Positions 1-13,528 of a stretch of DNA of 64,000 bases are shown here, one piece after another. The notes beneath the pieces were generated by a model, which had not been told where the DNA came from, searched no databases, and worked only from the letters and a program-made list of their open reading frames with translations. Source of the stretch: a virus; IMG/VR virus record IMGVR_UViG_3300030049_000007; one strand, 5' to 3'. Every line of letters starts with the position of its first letter. Positions within the stretch are counted from its first letter, which is position 1. Position numbers and translations under genes: made by a program.

Positions 1-721
1 TATTTGTATCACTATCAATTATTGGATTACGACTTTCATAACCATGACGAAGAATCTTTCCAATAACTTGCTGTGCTTCGCCCAACTCTTCAGATAGAAT
101 TGCTAGGCGTTCTAATTCTTCTGGAGATAACTTATTAAAATATTGTATCATATCCACTTACTATTCTCCCATTTGTCATAGTTCCACGGATCACGAACAA
201 GCTTTTGTTCCCAAATGGAATAATAACAACTTGTCTATCAGGAAAAATGTTATTACTCACATGAATATAACCATATTTCATTGGATCTGTCGAATTACTT
301 CTTAAAGAAAGTGTCGTATGGTTTTCATTATGAGTTGTCCATACTTTATTAAGAATACTCATTCATCCTCCATCGCACTTTCGTAGCCTTCCCAGTTATC
401 TACACCAGCAGCAACTAATTTATTAAAAGAATCTGCATCTTGTTGAATAGAATTAAATTCATCTTCACGAATCATAATAAAACTACCTAAGTCTTTATCA
501 TCTTTTCTACATCTTACTTTAGTAATATATATATAAACATCTTCAACATAGAAATTTTTCCATAATCCATCTTTTTGCATTTTTTCAAATAAAAATTCTT
601 CGAAGTTATCCATTATATTCCTTTATTTCTATTTCTGCATTTTCTGGAAAGAAGTTATAAATTATTGTATTATCAATAATAATATATTCTCCAGATTTAA
701 TTCCAAATAATTCTTCTGCTT

Positions 722-1150
722 TTATTTTAAACATACAATTCTAATTCCAAAATGTTTACAAATTTTATCTCTTTCATCTTTTTCGCGCTGAGGCATTGAA
801 TTATATGGATTTTTAAAACAAATCCACTTCACACCCCTGAGTGCCATATCACGTGTACAGTTCAAACACGGCTCATGCGTGAGGTATGCACGGTAAATGT
901 CTCCGGTTGAAAACCGGAGAGCATTTTCTTCGGCATGAAGTGTATGAATACAACGATTCTCAGAATTACAAGTCTCATCCGTGCAATGATCCATACCACT
1001 TGGAGCGCCATTATAACCCATTGATGCTACAGAACCATCTTTACGCAATAAAACCGCTCCAACTTTTAATCGTTTACATGTTCCTAGATTTGCAATCTCA
1101 TGAGCGATATTCATAAAGGTATGGTCTTTCAAATAATCTCTTTCAGACAT
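722..1150 (-). CDS. dCMP deaminase (cytidine/deoxycytidylate deaminase family)
   Basis: Motifs TCKRLKVGAV, GYNG, HAEENA and PCLNC (HxE...PCxxC zinc site). Confidence 0.93.
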   Translation of the reverse strand: MSERDYLKDHTFMNIAHEIANLGTCKRLKVGAVLLRKDGSVASMGYNGAPSGMDHCTDETCNSENRCIHTLHAEENALRFSTGDIYRAYLTHEPCLNCTRDMALRGVKWICFKNPYNSMPQREKDERDKICKHFGIRIVCLK

Positions 1151-1618
1151 TCTTCATATTCTCCTCATAGATTTTCTGAAGATCTTCTTCGTATGTTCCA
1201 ATTAACTGTTTATATGTCCATTTATGAAATAGAAATATCATAAGTAATTGACTTGGAAGTTTATCAAACCTTTCCATGAATAAATCTGACTTATTTAACA
1301 TTTCTTGAAAATTATTTATGTTTTTTGGAATATTATTTATATATTTAATACTTAAGTTTAATTGTAATTTACCAGCTTTCCTTAATACCGCCATAACAAA
1401 AACATTTCTATATTGTAAAACACATAAAATAATTGCTGATATAATAAGCAATATATTAATTTGAACACTGTTCATTATATATTCCACCAATAACATGTCC
1501 ATCATAATAAGTTAAAGCAAGATTACATTTTTTACAAAAACAGACTGGAAGAAATCCTTGAATTCCACCAAAAATATAACCTGGCTCATGATTATTTGAT
1601 TTAGCAATTTCCAATTCT

Positions 1619-3259
1619 TTATCCATTATTATCTCCTGGCACCAACGTTTCCGGTTGCAACAATTCATCAGGAAATGCAGTTAGAATACTATTAGCATTA
1701 TTAAGCCAGTAAGTATTCTTATCTGCACCAATAGATTTAAACAAAGAAATCAATCTAACAGCATCTATAATGCTAATCATAGATACTTTCATATCAGCAT
1801 CATTGTCCCAATTAAATAAAGATCTACGATAATCCCTAGATACATGATATATAGAGAATATGGTATCTAATGATTTAAAAATATTAGCATTAAACCAATT
1901 CATTTCTAGAAGATTTCTAATTGCTGGAATATGTATTCCAAATGTTGCTAAAAATTCATAAAGATTAACAAAAGTTTCAGTTTCGTAAATATCTTCATCA
2001 GAACCATAAATTGGAACATGATATAATGTGAGATTATCTACTGTATTTTTACTATTAGCTTTATGAGAAACTGAAATTTTAGAAATACGAGGAGAATAAC
2101 CCATATTAACACGTAACCATTGTCCCATAAGTTTAGATAATTTAATAGATTGAGCTATTGAAATATTATTTTTTACATATTGAATAACTTGTTTAGTATT
2201 TATAAAATCATCATAATCAATTTGTGAAGTTACAAAATTATATTTTCCATTAATACTAAAGTTTGGTATTCCTGGAATTAAATAAGATAAATCTTTTTTA
2301 CGATCAACCGTAAATACATCATCGTAATAAATAATTTTAAAGTTAGATGTATCCTGTAAATCAAAATGAATACAAAACTCATTTTGCTTAAAGTTTTTAG
2401 GTCCAAGTAAAGTACTAGTAGACTGTTTTCTCTTTGGACCCATCATATGTTTAGTAAAATTAAAATATTCGTACAAATATCGTAATGCTTGATTCTTTTT
2501 TATGTATTTGTGTAAAATAATTTGTCTAATATATTTATTTCCACAATCCTCTTTCAAGAAATCTAGAGTTTTATCATAATAGAAATTCAGGTGGTAGTTG
2601 AGTGGGGTGAGAATGAATTGCTTTTTAGCTTTTTTAGCAATCATGTATAAACTGTTCTTTTCTGGGTATGCTAAATCAGTATCTATTACTTTAAGTAAAC
2701 TATTTAAATCAAAAATATCACTACCATTATCAGTTACACCATGAATAATGTTAATGTTATTATATAAATCAGCTTCCATAAGACAAGTTAATGTAGGCAT
2801 TTTATCTTTAAGTGCTGATTGATATTGAATAAAATAAAGATCATCTATTTGATATTTAAATAAACTAAACTCTGGTTCAGTAAAAACTTTAGTCTCAAAA
2901 TAAGCATCATCTCTATATGGAATTAAATCTGCTACTATCTCATAATTACCTGAATAGTCGTAAGGACCAATATCTGAAGCAGTAAAGTCTTTTCCATTAC
3001 GATCGATTAATTGTGATTCTCTCCATAAAGGTTTTTCACGACTGCACAAATATGGAGAGAAATGTTCCTTCTTAAATGAAAATAATGGACCTGAATCTGA
3101 TTCAATTAAAAGTTTATCAAATCCTTTTGTGCTAATAAACTTCTTAAAGATTGTACCATCAGTTGATTGACCTAATGCGAAAAAACGTTGATTCCAAAAT
3201 TGTAGATTGTAAAGAAAAATTGTATATTCTTGATTATTTAAAATGATGTTTATATTCAT
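1619..3259 (-). CDS. Hypothetical protein, 546 aa
   Basis: Long ORF with genome-typical codon usage; no motif recognised. Confidence 0.7.
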   Translation of the reverse strand: MNINIILNNQEYTIFLYNLQFWNQRFFALGQSTDGTIFKKFISTKGFDKLLIESDSGPLFSFKKEHFSPYLCSREKPLWRESQLIDRNGKDFTASDIGPYDYSGNYEIVADLIPYRDDAYFETKVFTEPEFSLFKYQIDDLYFIQYQSALKDKMPTLTCLMEADLYNNINIIHGVTDNGSDIFDLNSLLKVIDTDLAYPEKNSLYMIAKKAKKQFILTPLNYHLNFYYDKTLDFLKEDCGNKYIRQIILHKYIKKNQALRYLYEYFNFTKHMMGPKRKQSTSTLLGPKNFKQNEFCIHFDLQDTSNFKIIYYDDVFTVDRKKDLSYLIPGIPNFSINGKYNFVTSQIDYDDFINTKQVIQYVKNNISIAQSIKLSKLMGQWLRVNMGYSPRISKISVSHKANSKNTVDNLTLYHVPIYGSDEDIYETETFVNLYEFLATFGIHIPAIRNLLEMNWFNANIFKSLDTIFSIYHVSRDYRRSLFNWDNDADMKVSMISIIDAVRLISLFKSIGADKNTYWLNNANSILTAFPDELLQPETLVPGDNNG

Positions 3260-3643
3260 CTATTCAAACCTTATTGGAAGAATGATATTTTTAACATTCT
3301 TAGCTTCTTTAAATAAAGGTGCTATATCTTCAACTTTATATCCAGCTAATCCACAACCAATTTCAGTTACATAAAAAATAAGATCTTGATGATTAAATGC
3401 ATAAGTTATAAATTTATCTATATATTCCTGAATTTTATATATAGGTAATTTATTTTTAATCCATTGATCTACTGTTGGAATACCATAAGACTGTCCCTGT
3501 AATCCGGCAGGCTGCCCGTAGACGGCTCCAAATTTACGTAGCGCGGTCAGGGCCGCACCCTTACCATGCCTACCAGCCTCATTAGATCCGAATACAAAAA
3601 TTTCGTTTGGTTTAAGTGATTGGATATTGTCTGGTGTGTTCAT
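3260..3643 (-). CDS. Conserved phage protein (IFVFGSN..G.HG.GAA family, macro-domain-like)
   Basis: Motifs EIFVFGSNEAGRHGKGAA, GQSYGIPT and FYVTEIGCGLAGY. Confidence 0.75.
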   Translation of the reverse strand: MNTPDNIQSLKPNEIFVFGSNEAGRHGKGAALTALRKFGAVYGQPAGLQGQSYGIPTVDQWIKNKLPIYKIQEYIDKFITYAFNHQDLIFYVTEIGCGLAGYKVEDIAPLFKEAKNVKNIILPIRFE

Positions 3644-4154
3644 TTTTTATTAATCCTAGCAGTTCTACGTGGTGATTGAATAAGTAGTTTTTGATTATCG
3701 TTAAGTAATTTAAGTATTTTATCTAAAACTTCTTCTTCTGCACCTGTAAAATCAATAGTACAAACTCCATGAAGAAACATTTCTGTATTAATTGCATTAA
3801 TATCTGTATATTTAATAACTCGATAGTCATTCATTTTCTATTCCAGCACATTCCATACAAACCGCAGGACCATCCCCTAATGGTGACACGCAATATAATG
3901 TGTAATCAACTTTCTTTCCACATTCCATACAAGTAAATTCATCTATATATCTATCAATTAATTTATCTATTTTCTTTCTGATAATTCTATTGGATCTGGA
4001 ATTTCAATATTATTCATTTGCTTCACTATCATGTATCCATAAATCTATCATTTGTTTAATTAGATCTGATGGAGTTGTACCTTTATTTTCATAACGTAAT
4101 ATATCCATAAATTTTATTGCATGTTCGGCATCTAATGTAATTTCAAGTTTTTGA

Positions 4155-4349
4155 TTAATTAGTTTTTTCATTATTGATCCTTAATTTATATTTAGCTGCA
4201 CATGACTTAGAACAGAATAAACCCCATCCTCTATCAACATCTGCCTTTCGCGCTTCAAATTCAATTTTACAAAATTTACATTTTTGAATTACTTTTTGAC
4301 CTCTCGTCGGTTTATTCATCTTACTCTTTGTTTTCCTCGAACCATTCAC
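4155..4349 (-). CDS. Small zinc-finger protein
   Basis: CKFC...F.AR.ADV.RGWG.FCSKSC pattern. Confidence 0.6.
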   Translation of the reverse strand: MNGSRKTKSKMNKPTRGQKVIQKCKFCKIEFEARKADVDRGWGLFCSKSCAAKYKLRINNEKTN

Positions 4350-6655
4350 TAACTCTGTCTATAATTACTTGAGGAATTTTATTATCAATAAATTGTTGTT
4401 GCCAATTCTCATTTGGAATAGTTCCATTACCAACAATTAATGGAATTGGATCACAATAAATATTAATAGATCCATCCTCTAAACAATAAGGCCAAATTTC
4501 AATTGGACTATCAGAACAACATCCACAATTATGCCTAATTTCTACTTCATTAATTTTTTCATTAACTTCTTTTGTATATATTCTTTTAGTATTCCAACGA
4601 TTTATATAAACTTTGACATTATCATATTTTTTAAATATTTCAGGATATAATTTAGCTACTTCTAATTGTGATTTTAAATCTCTAATAATCTTATCATTAT
4701 TATGATATGAAATAAGTAAATCTTGATATTCTTTTTTAGAAGTTTTGAGTTGATCATTTAATTTAATAATTGTATTATTTTCAACTCTAATCGTCTCGCA
4801 TAAATTATGAATAACAACTTCTGTATCAGTTCCAGTAAATGGTTTTTTATTTTTACAATCTTCACAATATAAAGGATAAATATTAGTTCTTGTAGCTGAT
4901 TCTATTTTTGCATTACATACACAGCAATATTTAATCATTAATACCTCTTATCATTATAGAAGGAATTGATATTCGTTCGTATATATTCTAATAATTGATC
5001 TTGTAATTGTAGATTTCTTTCTGCTAAATTAATAACTATTTGTTCAAGAATTTCATAATCATTCATATATTTTTCATTACAATAATTATACGTATTATAA
5101 ACTGTTTCATTATCATTAATTAACTGTTTAATGATTAGGTTGTTAATCATTTTTTATTTTCTTTAAAATATTCACATAAAGTTATAATTGCCCAACAAAT
5201 AATAACAATTAAAGCAATACTACCAATTAAAAGATGAGTTATTATTAAATTATTAATCATATCTAGTTATACCCATAAGAGCATCTTCTTCTTTAAGAGA
5301 ATTTTTATGAGAATATTTTTCTTTACAATTACTACAAATGAAACAATAAATTGGTGGATACATATCTAAAGTATAGCTTTCTGAATTAATTGTTTGGCAT
5401 TTAGGACATTCTTTCTGCATTTTATTTTTCCTCGGTAGTTCCACGTTTAAAATAACAAGTCATTCCTTCTAATTCATCTTGATCTATAGTTCTACCAGCA
5501 GCTATACATTCTGGATGAAAGTAATTACAATAGAATTTTCCATCAAATACTCCCTGACATTTAGTTGCTGGTGTAAAAATTAAAATTGTTTCATTACACC
5601 AATCGCAAGTATGAGATTTTCTACAACTCTTAATATGTTTTGAGTCAAATATTATATCAGTCATTATATACATTCAGATTTGGTAATTCGTCATATGGTA
5701 TTATAGGATTAAGAGCTTTATAATGTTCCTGACAAGTCCACATATCAGGTTCTAATTTATGCCAACATGAATGACAAAGTGTGACATTTTTCCAATTTTT
5801 CTCTTCAAATCCAACTCCACCTGGCTGACAATCTATATTAAGTAATGGTTCAATAGGTCTTTTTGTAATACCTTCTTCTTCAGCCCATGGATATTTTTCT
5901 AAAATATTCATATCTTTTTCAATACCACATACATTACACTTAGCTATCATAATATTTCCTTATAATTCCACAACTAACAATTCTTTAATCTTACGTTTTG
6001 CTAATTCCTGTAATTCGGTATACATATATCTATCCTTTAAATTTTCAATAATTTCTTCTTTAGTAACAGTGCTTTCTCTTTTAGAATAAAATTCATATTC
6101 CCTATCAATCTCTGTTAATGTATTTGGATTAAGACTACTAATATTTATTGAGAAATTCATTTATAGATCTCCAAATTCATTATATTTGACCGAATCTTCC
6201 GGCTCACAATTAGGACAATGATAATATTGAGTATCTAAATAGTGACAATCACATTTTTCACAAATAATAATTTTATTATGAAGATGAAAATCATTTTGAC
6301 TTAATTGATATGCAGACTCACAATCTGGACAATCTTTTCCAGTTCCACCAGAACATTGATTTAATCCACAAGTTCCACATATTACTGTATAAACTTGGCA
6401 AGTTGGGCAGTATTCCCATTTATGTTCCAATTCACTTTTCCTTTAAAATTCTTAAACAAATACAACCTGGTGATCCTAAAGGTTTGCGCCAATCGCCACT
6501 ACATACCAAAAGATGAGGATATCTTTTTCCTTGTAAAATTTCTTCCAAAGGAGTAGGGGGAGCATTTATTACCCATTTTGGAATTTCTTTAAATTTTTTA
6601 TTATACATAGCTAAAAATTAACCTCCATAAAAACAAAAGTTATAATATATACTTT

Positions 6656-6690
6656 CATATATATTATAACAAAAAAGTGAGGCTTTTTGC
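6656..6690 (-). promoter_or_regulatory. Early promoter motif copy 1 (GCAA-N15-TGTTATAATATATATG)
   Basis: 35-bp motif found 8 times, always on the minus strand upstream of minus-strand genes or RNAs; extended -10 TGnTATAAT. Confidence 0.8.
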
Positions 6691-7791
6691 TAACTACCAC
6701 TGATCATATGGAGTATCTGGATCATCACAAATACCATTCGATTCTGGTGGTAATCCCTGAAGTTCTCTAATTTTTTCTTCTATTATAGATTTATACATAT
6801 CAGTTAAATTAATAATTCTTGTGGCTTTATTTAATTTTTTCTTAACTTTAATTATATCTTTTTCTGTAATTTTTAAAGTTTCTTCGATCCAAACTAATCT
6901 TTCTTCATATAATTTAATCATCTGAAGATTATTGTTTGACATATTTTCCTATTTCGGTTATTCTATGCGATACCGAAAAACGCCATGGTCTAATAATTAA
7001 TCAATTTTAAGAGTTGATGGTAAATCTAAAGAGAGTACTATCATTTCAGTAGTCATAAATAATATTCCACAAAAATAATATTTATTAATAAGTTTATGAT
7101 CATTATAAGATTGCTTATGTTTAAACATTATTTCCTCTTTTTATTTATCTAAAAATCTAATCAAATGTGCTGGTGGTGTTCCTATAGTGCCATCTTCTTT
7201 TTCAATAATTGCTGAAGCAAAATTTCCAGCACCATATTCAAGTTCTTCATAATCAAGTGACCACTGATGAAACACACCTTCATAATCATCTACTTTTTTA
7301 TTTGCAACATATTTCATAACCATTACTGGTCTAAGTATTTAATTCGCCAACCGTATCAACCAATTCGTTTACTTCTTCCGCTAAACTTTCAAGAGTATCT
7401 TTTACACTTCCAAAATCATCAATCTTCATTGCGGCCTTTTCTCCCTTGTCACCTTCCTGCCATGCTTCAGATTTATTATCAAATTCATCCTGAAGTTCAT
7501 TAACTACAGTTTCAAATTCTTCTGCAAGTGCTTCAATATCCTGTTTAATATCAATTAACTTACCAACTGAATCGGTGAGAAATTTCTTGTTCATATCATA
7601 CCTCTTTGAAGTTATCGGTGATTGAGATTATTTCGATTTTGTATTCTGGAGGAAGTAAATCATTTGGATCCATATCTAAAATCATTTGACCAGAAGGTGT
7701 GTTCCCAATATAAATACCAGTTCTACCTGGATTAAAACCTTCTTTGATAACTTGAATTCTTTTATTTAATCTAGGATAACGAAAATCTATT

Positions 7792-8154
7792 TTACCTTGT
7801 TTCATCACTTAGTTTCTCATGGAGTAATTTTAGTAATCGATGAATTTCCTTATTATTTTCTCTATTAATCATAATTTCTTTTTTCATTAAGTTAAACTCT
7901 TCTTTAATGAGTCTATGATCTTCGTTAGCTCGTTTTTCTGATGTTCTACTTAATACATTGTTACCTACTGCAATTAATGGAAGTGCCCAAAGTTGAATCC
8001 AGGCACTTGAGATTAATAGAATTATATTTCTTAAATGTTCCGATAAACTGGGAATTAAACCTAACAATCCCCAGATAAAGAAGATATAGAAAACCCACAT
8101 ACTACCGAAAAGTTTAGTTCCCCAAACCGCGATTCTTTCATTTAAATGTTGCAT
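7792..8154 (-). CDS. Two-TM membrane protein with C-terminal coiled coil (DUF1003-like)
   Basis: LNERIAVWGTKLFGSMW, two hydrophobic helices, then QLWALPLIAVG. Confidence 0.55.
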   Translation of the reverse strand: MQHLNERIAVWGTKLFGSMWVFYIFFIWGLLGLIPSLSEHLRNIILLISSAWIQLWALPLIAVGNNVLSRTSEKRANEDHRLIKEEFNLMKKEIMINRENNKEIHRLLKLLHEKLSDETR

Positions 8155-10182
8155 TTTCAGTTCTCCAAGTGTTGTCCAGACAATTTATTTAAAAATAGCT
8201 GATGTTCTACAAAGAAATCTTCGGGCTTGTAATTACTTTTAGTTTTAAAGTTAATATAATAATCTTCGCTATAACAACTTCTTTCACTATCTGGTTCTAA
8301 TAACATAGCTAAAGTTGTTAACTGTCTAGCTAAATATTTGCCATTGATTACAGATTCAGGGTTAATCTCTATATAGATCTCATGAGAGTCTGATTCTTTG
8401 TGAATTGGAGTTGAGGGAAACATTTTTAAGATTGATTAGTAGTTACAATACTTGAAATATTTGGATTAAAATATGGATTTGGATAAGATGGTATGCATTG
8501 AGGAAGATAATTAACATCGAATAATGGAGGTTCTTTAAATTTAAATTCTTTAATATTAATAACTTCTATTTTACCATCTAGAAATTCTATAACACCATAA
8601 CTTCTATCTTGATCATGATAAAACTCATGAAAATAACCATCTCGTGCATCATTTAACATTTGAATCATACGCATGTAACTATCTCCTTTATTTGATTATA
8701 ACATACAATACTTTACAGTGCAACATCATTGAAAACTTTTTCTTTCAAATTCCAACAAATTTCTTTAGCGATCTGATATCTAACTTCTTGCTCTGTTTCA
8801 TTTGCTACTTGTTTAAGTGCTAAATATAATGAGCGACTATTTGGTTGACCTAAATCTTGCATTATTTGCTTGAAGCGATCGTCATTCATTTGGTGGCTCC
8901 GGTTTTTCAATCACAATATAATGAGTAATGTTCGGATAATAGAAACCTTCATTTAAATAAAATCCATTAATAAAATATCTTTCATACCATAATCTGTAAA
9001 AACTTTTATCCCATTATAAATCCAACACATATCCATAAGATTTGGATGATTATCTTTCGTTAACTTAACTCATTCACTCATCAAATTTATCTGCAATAAA
9101 TCTTACACTACCTTGACCTTGTGAATTACCATGACAAATAGCACAATCTACATTAAATTCATCCTTGCTTTTTAATTGATAACGAAGTCTACCTTCAAAG
9201 AAATTATTTTCTTCAAGACATTGAGCGGTATATTTAAGCAAGGAGATTAAATCAGATTTTTTCATTTATTCTCCAATTTATATTCTTTTAATATTTCACA
9301 TTCAGGAAAATTGCATAACATTCCATCTATGTGAGAACATCCAATTTCTTTATGAACTTCACAATAATGAACTGGATCTAATTTATTTGGAAATAAGATT
9401 CTGTATAAGAGATCTTTCATATTATTTACCTGCTAATTGCGATAAAACTTCATCATCAGTTTTCTTATTAATTAATCCTATTTCTTCTGGTGGATTGTAA
9501 TTATAATGTCCTATATATTTATGACAGCGTCTACAAGCATAATCACCTTCGCCTGCATCATATTTAATATGACCTCTTACCTTACAAACTAATGGCATTA
9601 AGGTGTCTTCAAACATTAATGACCATGGAATTTTTTTTCTAAAAATATAATATCTAATATTTCTATAACCATATTTATTAAATAAATTAAAATTTTCTCT
9701 TGAAGCACTCATTATTTATCCTCATCTTCAATTGTAATAACCATTCCAGTACCAAAATAATTAGGAAATTGTTTAACTAACAATCCAATAATATCATCAT
9801 TCAAATCATCTAAATCTTTTTGTGTAGGATCAACACCTGGATTAAAATAAAGATCTACATGAATAATTTTACTCATAACTGAATCGTTTCAATATAATTA
9901 TTAGTTCTATGATCCTTCTTACGAGATTTCTTAGTCTTGTTAGAATGACCACCACAAACACACTTCTTTTTATCACTATGATCACAAGATTTTGAGTTTG
10001 ACATTGTTGCTTTTTTAGGCATTAATTCTCCCACCATTGTTTATCTTCATAGTAATCGGGATATGTTTCTGGATTATCTAAAAGATTATCTTCGTCTAAC
10101 TCATCAAGACTTGGTGCTGGCAAAATCATATGTCCAGGGTTGGATTGGAGAGTGAATGGATTGTTTGGATCTATAGTTTGCA

Positions 10183-10443
10183 CTATTCAACCTTTCGTGG
10201 AAAGTGCCAACCTAATTCTTGACTATTTATCATTCCTTCAGATTTGAATCTTAATTCCATTTCTTCTTGATCGGAAATATTCTCATTTGATAAACATTTT
10301 AATACACATAAAGGACAATGGCCAAAATATACAAAAACATGAATAGTTAACCAATAAATAGATTTACTTTTATTAATAGCCATTTTGTCTGTCTGACAAA
10401 AGAAATCGGCAAACCAATGAATCCAAATTAAACCAATTAACAT
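10183..10443 (-). CDS. DUF3307-like membrane protein fragment
   Basis: HWFADFFCQTDKMAINKSKS..WL..H N-terminal signature; the C-terminal half looks unrelated. Confidence 0.5.
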   Translation of the reverse strand: MLIGLIWIHWFADFFCQTDKMAINKSKSIYWLTIHVFVYFGHCPLCVLKCLSNENISDQEEMELRFKSEGMINSQELGWHFPRKVE

Positions 10444-10953
10444 ACTTTAATACCAGTTGTATATCACGTTTTGTCTACCAAACCACAAACATAATTATCA
10501 ACAATCTTAAATTGAACAGAATGAAGAAGTATACTTAAATCAAAATTATTTTCTAGATTATTATGATCTTCTATATGAGTATATACAGAAGTTCCTTCAA
10601 TTCCATTCCAACCAAGAGTTGGAATATTATCTGCCACTAATTTACTTCCTAAATTTAAAAGATATCTACTGACATCATCATTAATTGCTCTATCTGGAAC
10701 TAAAACTTGAACAATAAGATTTATAATTTTAGACATAGTGTATATAATCCTTTACAAGTTCATACCAACAATCATCGCAAAGATCTAACGTGTAATAATT
10801 CATATCACCAAACTTTGAATTATATCCACCACAATTATCAAAAGTATGATTCTCTGGCATAATATATGGATCTGAAATATCTATTCCACATTTATCACAA
10901 GTCATTTTATCTAAAACTTGCGTAGTGATTCGTTTCTTTTTATAGGTTTTCAT

Positions 10954-11238
10954 TTATTCCTCATTTAGATAGTTATAACTTCTTTCAAAAATATCTTTTC
11001 TACACGGATAAAAACCTTCTGTAATTTCTTTGACAATATAATCACCTGGACATACAGAATGCCAGCCGCTCATAGTTGGGCAACTAGCATGATCCTGCCA
11101 TTTATGCCCACATACAGAACAAATAGATCTACTATCATCGTGATCAACTACTTGAATTTTTGCACCAATTTCATCCTCGTTATACTCGGATGGCCATTGC
11201 CATGCATCAACTATGATTGGAATTTTCTGATATTTCAT
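10954..11238 (-). CDS. Conserved phage protein (KY.K.P..VDA.QW ... GDYIVK...FYPC..DIFE.SY family) with a Zn-ribbon insert
   Basis: Both terminal motifs present; internal CSVC...H..C segment. Confidence 0.65.
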   Translation of the reverse strand: MKYQKIPIIVDAWQWPSEYNEDEIGAKIQVVDHDDSRSICSVCGHKWQDHASCPTMSGWHSVCPGDYIVKEITEGFYPCRKDIFERSYNYLNEE

Positions 11239-12745
11239 ATTATTTACCTACTAATTGCGATAAAAGTTCATTATCAGTTAATTCTATATACTCTAAAACT
11301 GTATAATCTTTAAAATTTATTATTTTACCTGTACATTCAAGATTTTGTTTAACTACATAACAACTTATAATTTCACCCCTATAATAAATATAATAAAATT
11401 TGTCTTGATTATAAACTTTATCTTTAGTTGGAACTAATATTCTATTAAGTTTCTTTGGAGCATCTGGAATTTTACTAAAATATTCATCAATACTTTCTTT
11501 AGTAATCTTTTTACCAGAAACTCTTTCAAATTGTTTAATTAAATCAACTAAAATTTTAGCATTAAAACCAAATATATTTAATACATTATTTTCTAATTGA
11601 TTAGATAATTCTTCTATACTAAGATTAATCTGTTGAAAACCATCACTAAGAATCATTTACCACTCCAAATTGTTCATCAATTATTTTACGTGAATCATCA
11701 TTAAATTGATTAACTTCATTTACTTTAATTATAGAGTATTGTAAAAAAGTATATTTATTAAGTAGGTAATTTGATATATTTAATTTTTTAGCTATTTTGC
11801 GTAATGGTTTTGGGTTTTTAGCCATTATCTATCTAAACCTCCACATTTTCTCAAACCAGTTTAATTTATTTTTTATATCTTTGATTTGTTCTCTTAAATC
11901 TTTCTTTCTTCGTAACATAGCATTTCTTAAACATCTAATTTTATTTCTCTTTTGTTCTAATTTATTTCTTAGTCTATAAACTTCTTTAATTAATTCCTCA
12001 TTAGATGCTGTTAAATAATTAATCTCTTCTAGCATATTGCTCCAATTCCTAAAAGAAAGCCCTAGCGGGCTTTCTAATTTATTCATCTTTTGATAATTGA
12101 AAATATTCACCATTCCAGTTATAACATTCTTGATCTACTCCTAATCGAATTTCTCCAACTAAAATTACTTTATTTCCACTTTCAGTTTCAAATTTATCAA
12201 ATAATTCTGCAACATCAATTAAAAATGCTGCAAATTTTTTATCTTTTGATTGACCGTATGGTCGTTTTGTATTTAGTTCTCGATTATCCATTATCATGCT
12301 CCCCAGTAATCAATTGTTTCCACGCCATAATTTTCATGTATGTTAAGGATTATCAGAAACAGAAGTGCTTCGATCACTTTCTTCTCCTTGTGGAAGTTTA
12401 TATCTATTTAGACACTCTTGAAGATGTACATATGCAAGTGGACATGTGAGATTTTCTTCGCATTGAGAACAGAGAGATTTTTCCATTAATTCTCCTTTAG
12501 AGAATGAAAATATGATAACGCAAACTAAGGAAGTCGATCAAGACTTTAGTCTGCCAATTTAATTCTTTACTTGGTGGATCTTGTTTTGGTTTAGTTGCAT
12601 TATAATCGTAATCCATTGCAAACTTATGCGCCTGCAATGGTTCGGCCCGTGGAAGATTGCATCCAATTAGAAGCATGGATACAATCATTGTAATAATGTA
12701 TCTCATTTTAACTCCTAATTTGAAAATGGATAGAATAAGTTCTAT

Positions 12746-12780
12746 CATTTATATTATAACAAAAAACATGTCATTATTGC
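12746..12780 (-). promoter_or_regulatory. Early promoter motif copy 2
   Basis: ATGCAA-N18-TATAAT-ATAAATG, followed by the hairpin GATAGAA-CTTA-TTCTATC. Confidence 0.85.
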
Positions 12781-12788
12781 ATAGCTAA

Positions 12789-12813
12789 GAGAAAATGCTT
12801 TTGGCATTTTCTC
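12789..12813. terminator. Intrinsic terminator-like hairpin abutting promoter copy 2
   Basis: GAGAAAATGC-TTTTG-GCATTTTCTC. Confidence 0.65.
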
Positions 12814-13165
12814 CTTTAATTTAAATGTCAGATCCAGACATGAGTGATGTCTGTTGTAAAGTAACTGTACACGCAAACTGCAAGTAAGTTATTGTGTTTT
12901 CTAATAATATTAATTGCAAAATCTTTTACTTCAATTAATCTAATAGAATTAAGAGGAATGTTTTTATCGTAGTTTTTAGTTTCTGCTATGATTTTCTCTA
13001 TTATTTCAAACCACTCGAAATCTTCTCTATCTAAATCTTCCTGAGTTTTTAATGGAGATTGTTGGGCACGTTTAATAATACTTACCGTATTATTTAAAAC
13101 TTCTAGTGCTGGAAGTATTCCCAACATAATCCACCTCTTTAGGTTAATGAAGACTTAATTGTCTT

Positions 13166-13200
13166 CATTTATATTATAACAGAAAAAAGCATATTATTGC
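13166..13200 (-). promoter_or_regulatory. Early promoter motif copy 3
   Basis: ATGCAA-N18-TATAAT, followed by the hairpin ATGAAGAC-AATTAA-GTCTTCAT. Confidence 0.85.
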
Positions 13201-13206
13201 ATAGCT

Positions 13207-13234
13207 AAAGAAAAACTCGTAAGAGTTTTTCTTT
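13207..13234. terminator. Intrinsic terminator-like hairpin abutting promoter copy 3
   Basis: AAAGAAAAACTC-GTAA-GAGTTTTTCTTT. Confidence 0.7.
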
Positions 13235-13246
13235 GAAGTAGAATAA

Positions 13247-13528
13247 TTATTCTACAAATGCTGCCGGTTTTTGCATTGGAAATTTAAGATTGTCCATTAA
13301 TTTATTAGATGCGTACCATTTCCATAACCAGTTTTGCATAGCTTCAATTCCACTATTTGTTTTAGAACGCGATGAGTAAATACAAACTTCAAAATCATTA
13401 AGCAAAGATTCCAACCATTCAATGGCACCCGGAACTGGTGGATCTGAAATTGTTTCTGCGTTAGTCCATGGTGATATATAAGAGTGAATTACTCCATCAA
13501 AATCAATACAGAGAATTGGTTTAGGCAT
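13247..13528 (-). CDS. HAD-superfamily hydrolase-like protein (short, possibly truncated)
   Basis: Motif I CIDFDGVIH and motif II IYSSR; ends at KPAAFVE before the expected DD motif. Confidence 0.7.
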   Translation of the reverse strand: MPKPILCIDFDGVIHSYISPWTNAETISDPPVPGAIEWLESLLNDFEVCIYSSRSKTNSGIEAMQNWLWKWYASNKLMDNLKFPMQKPAAFVE

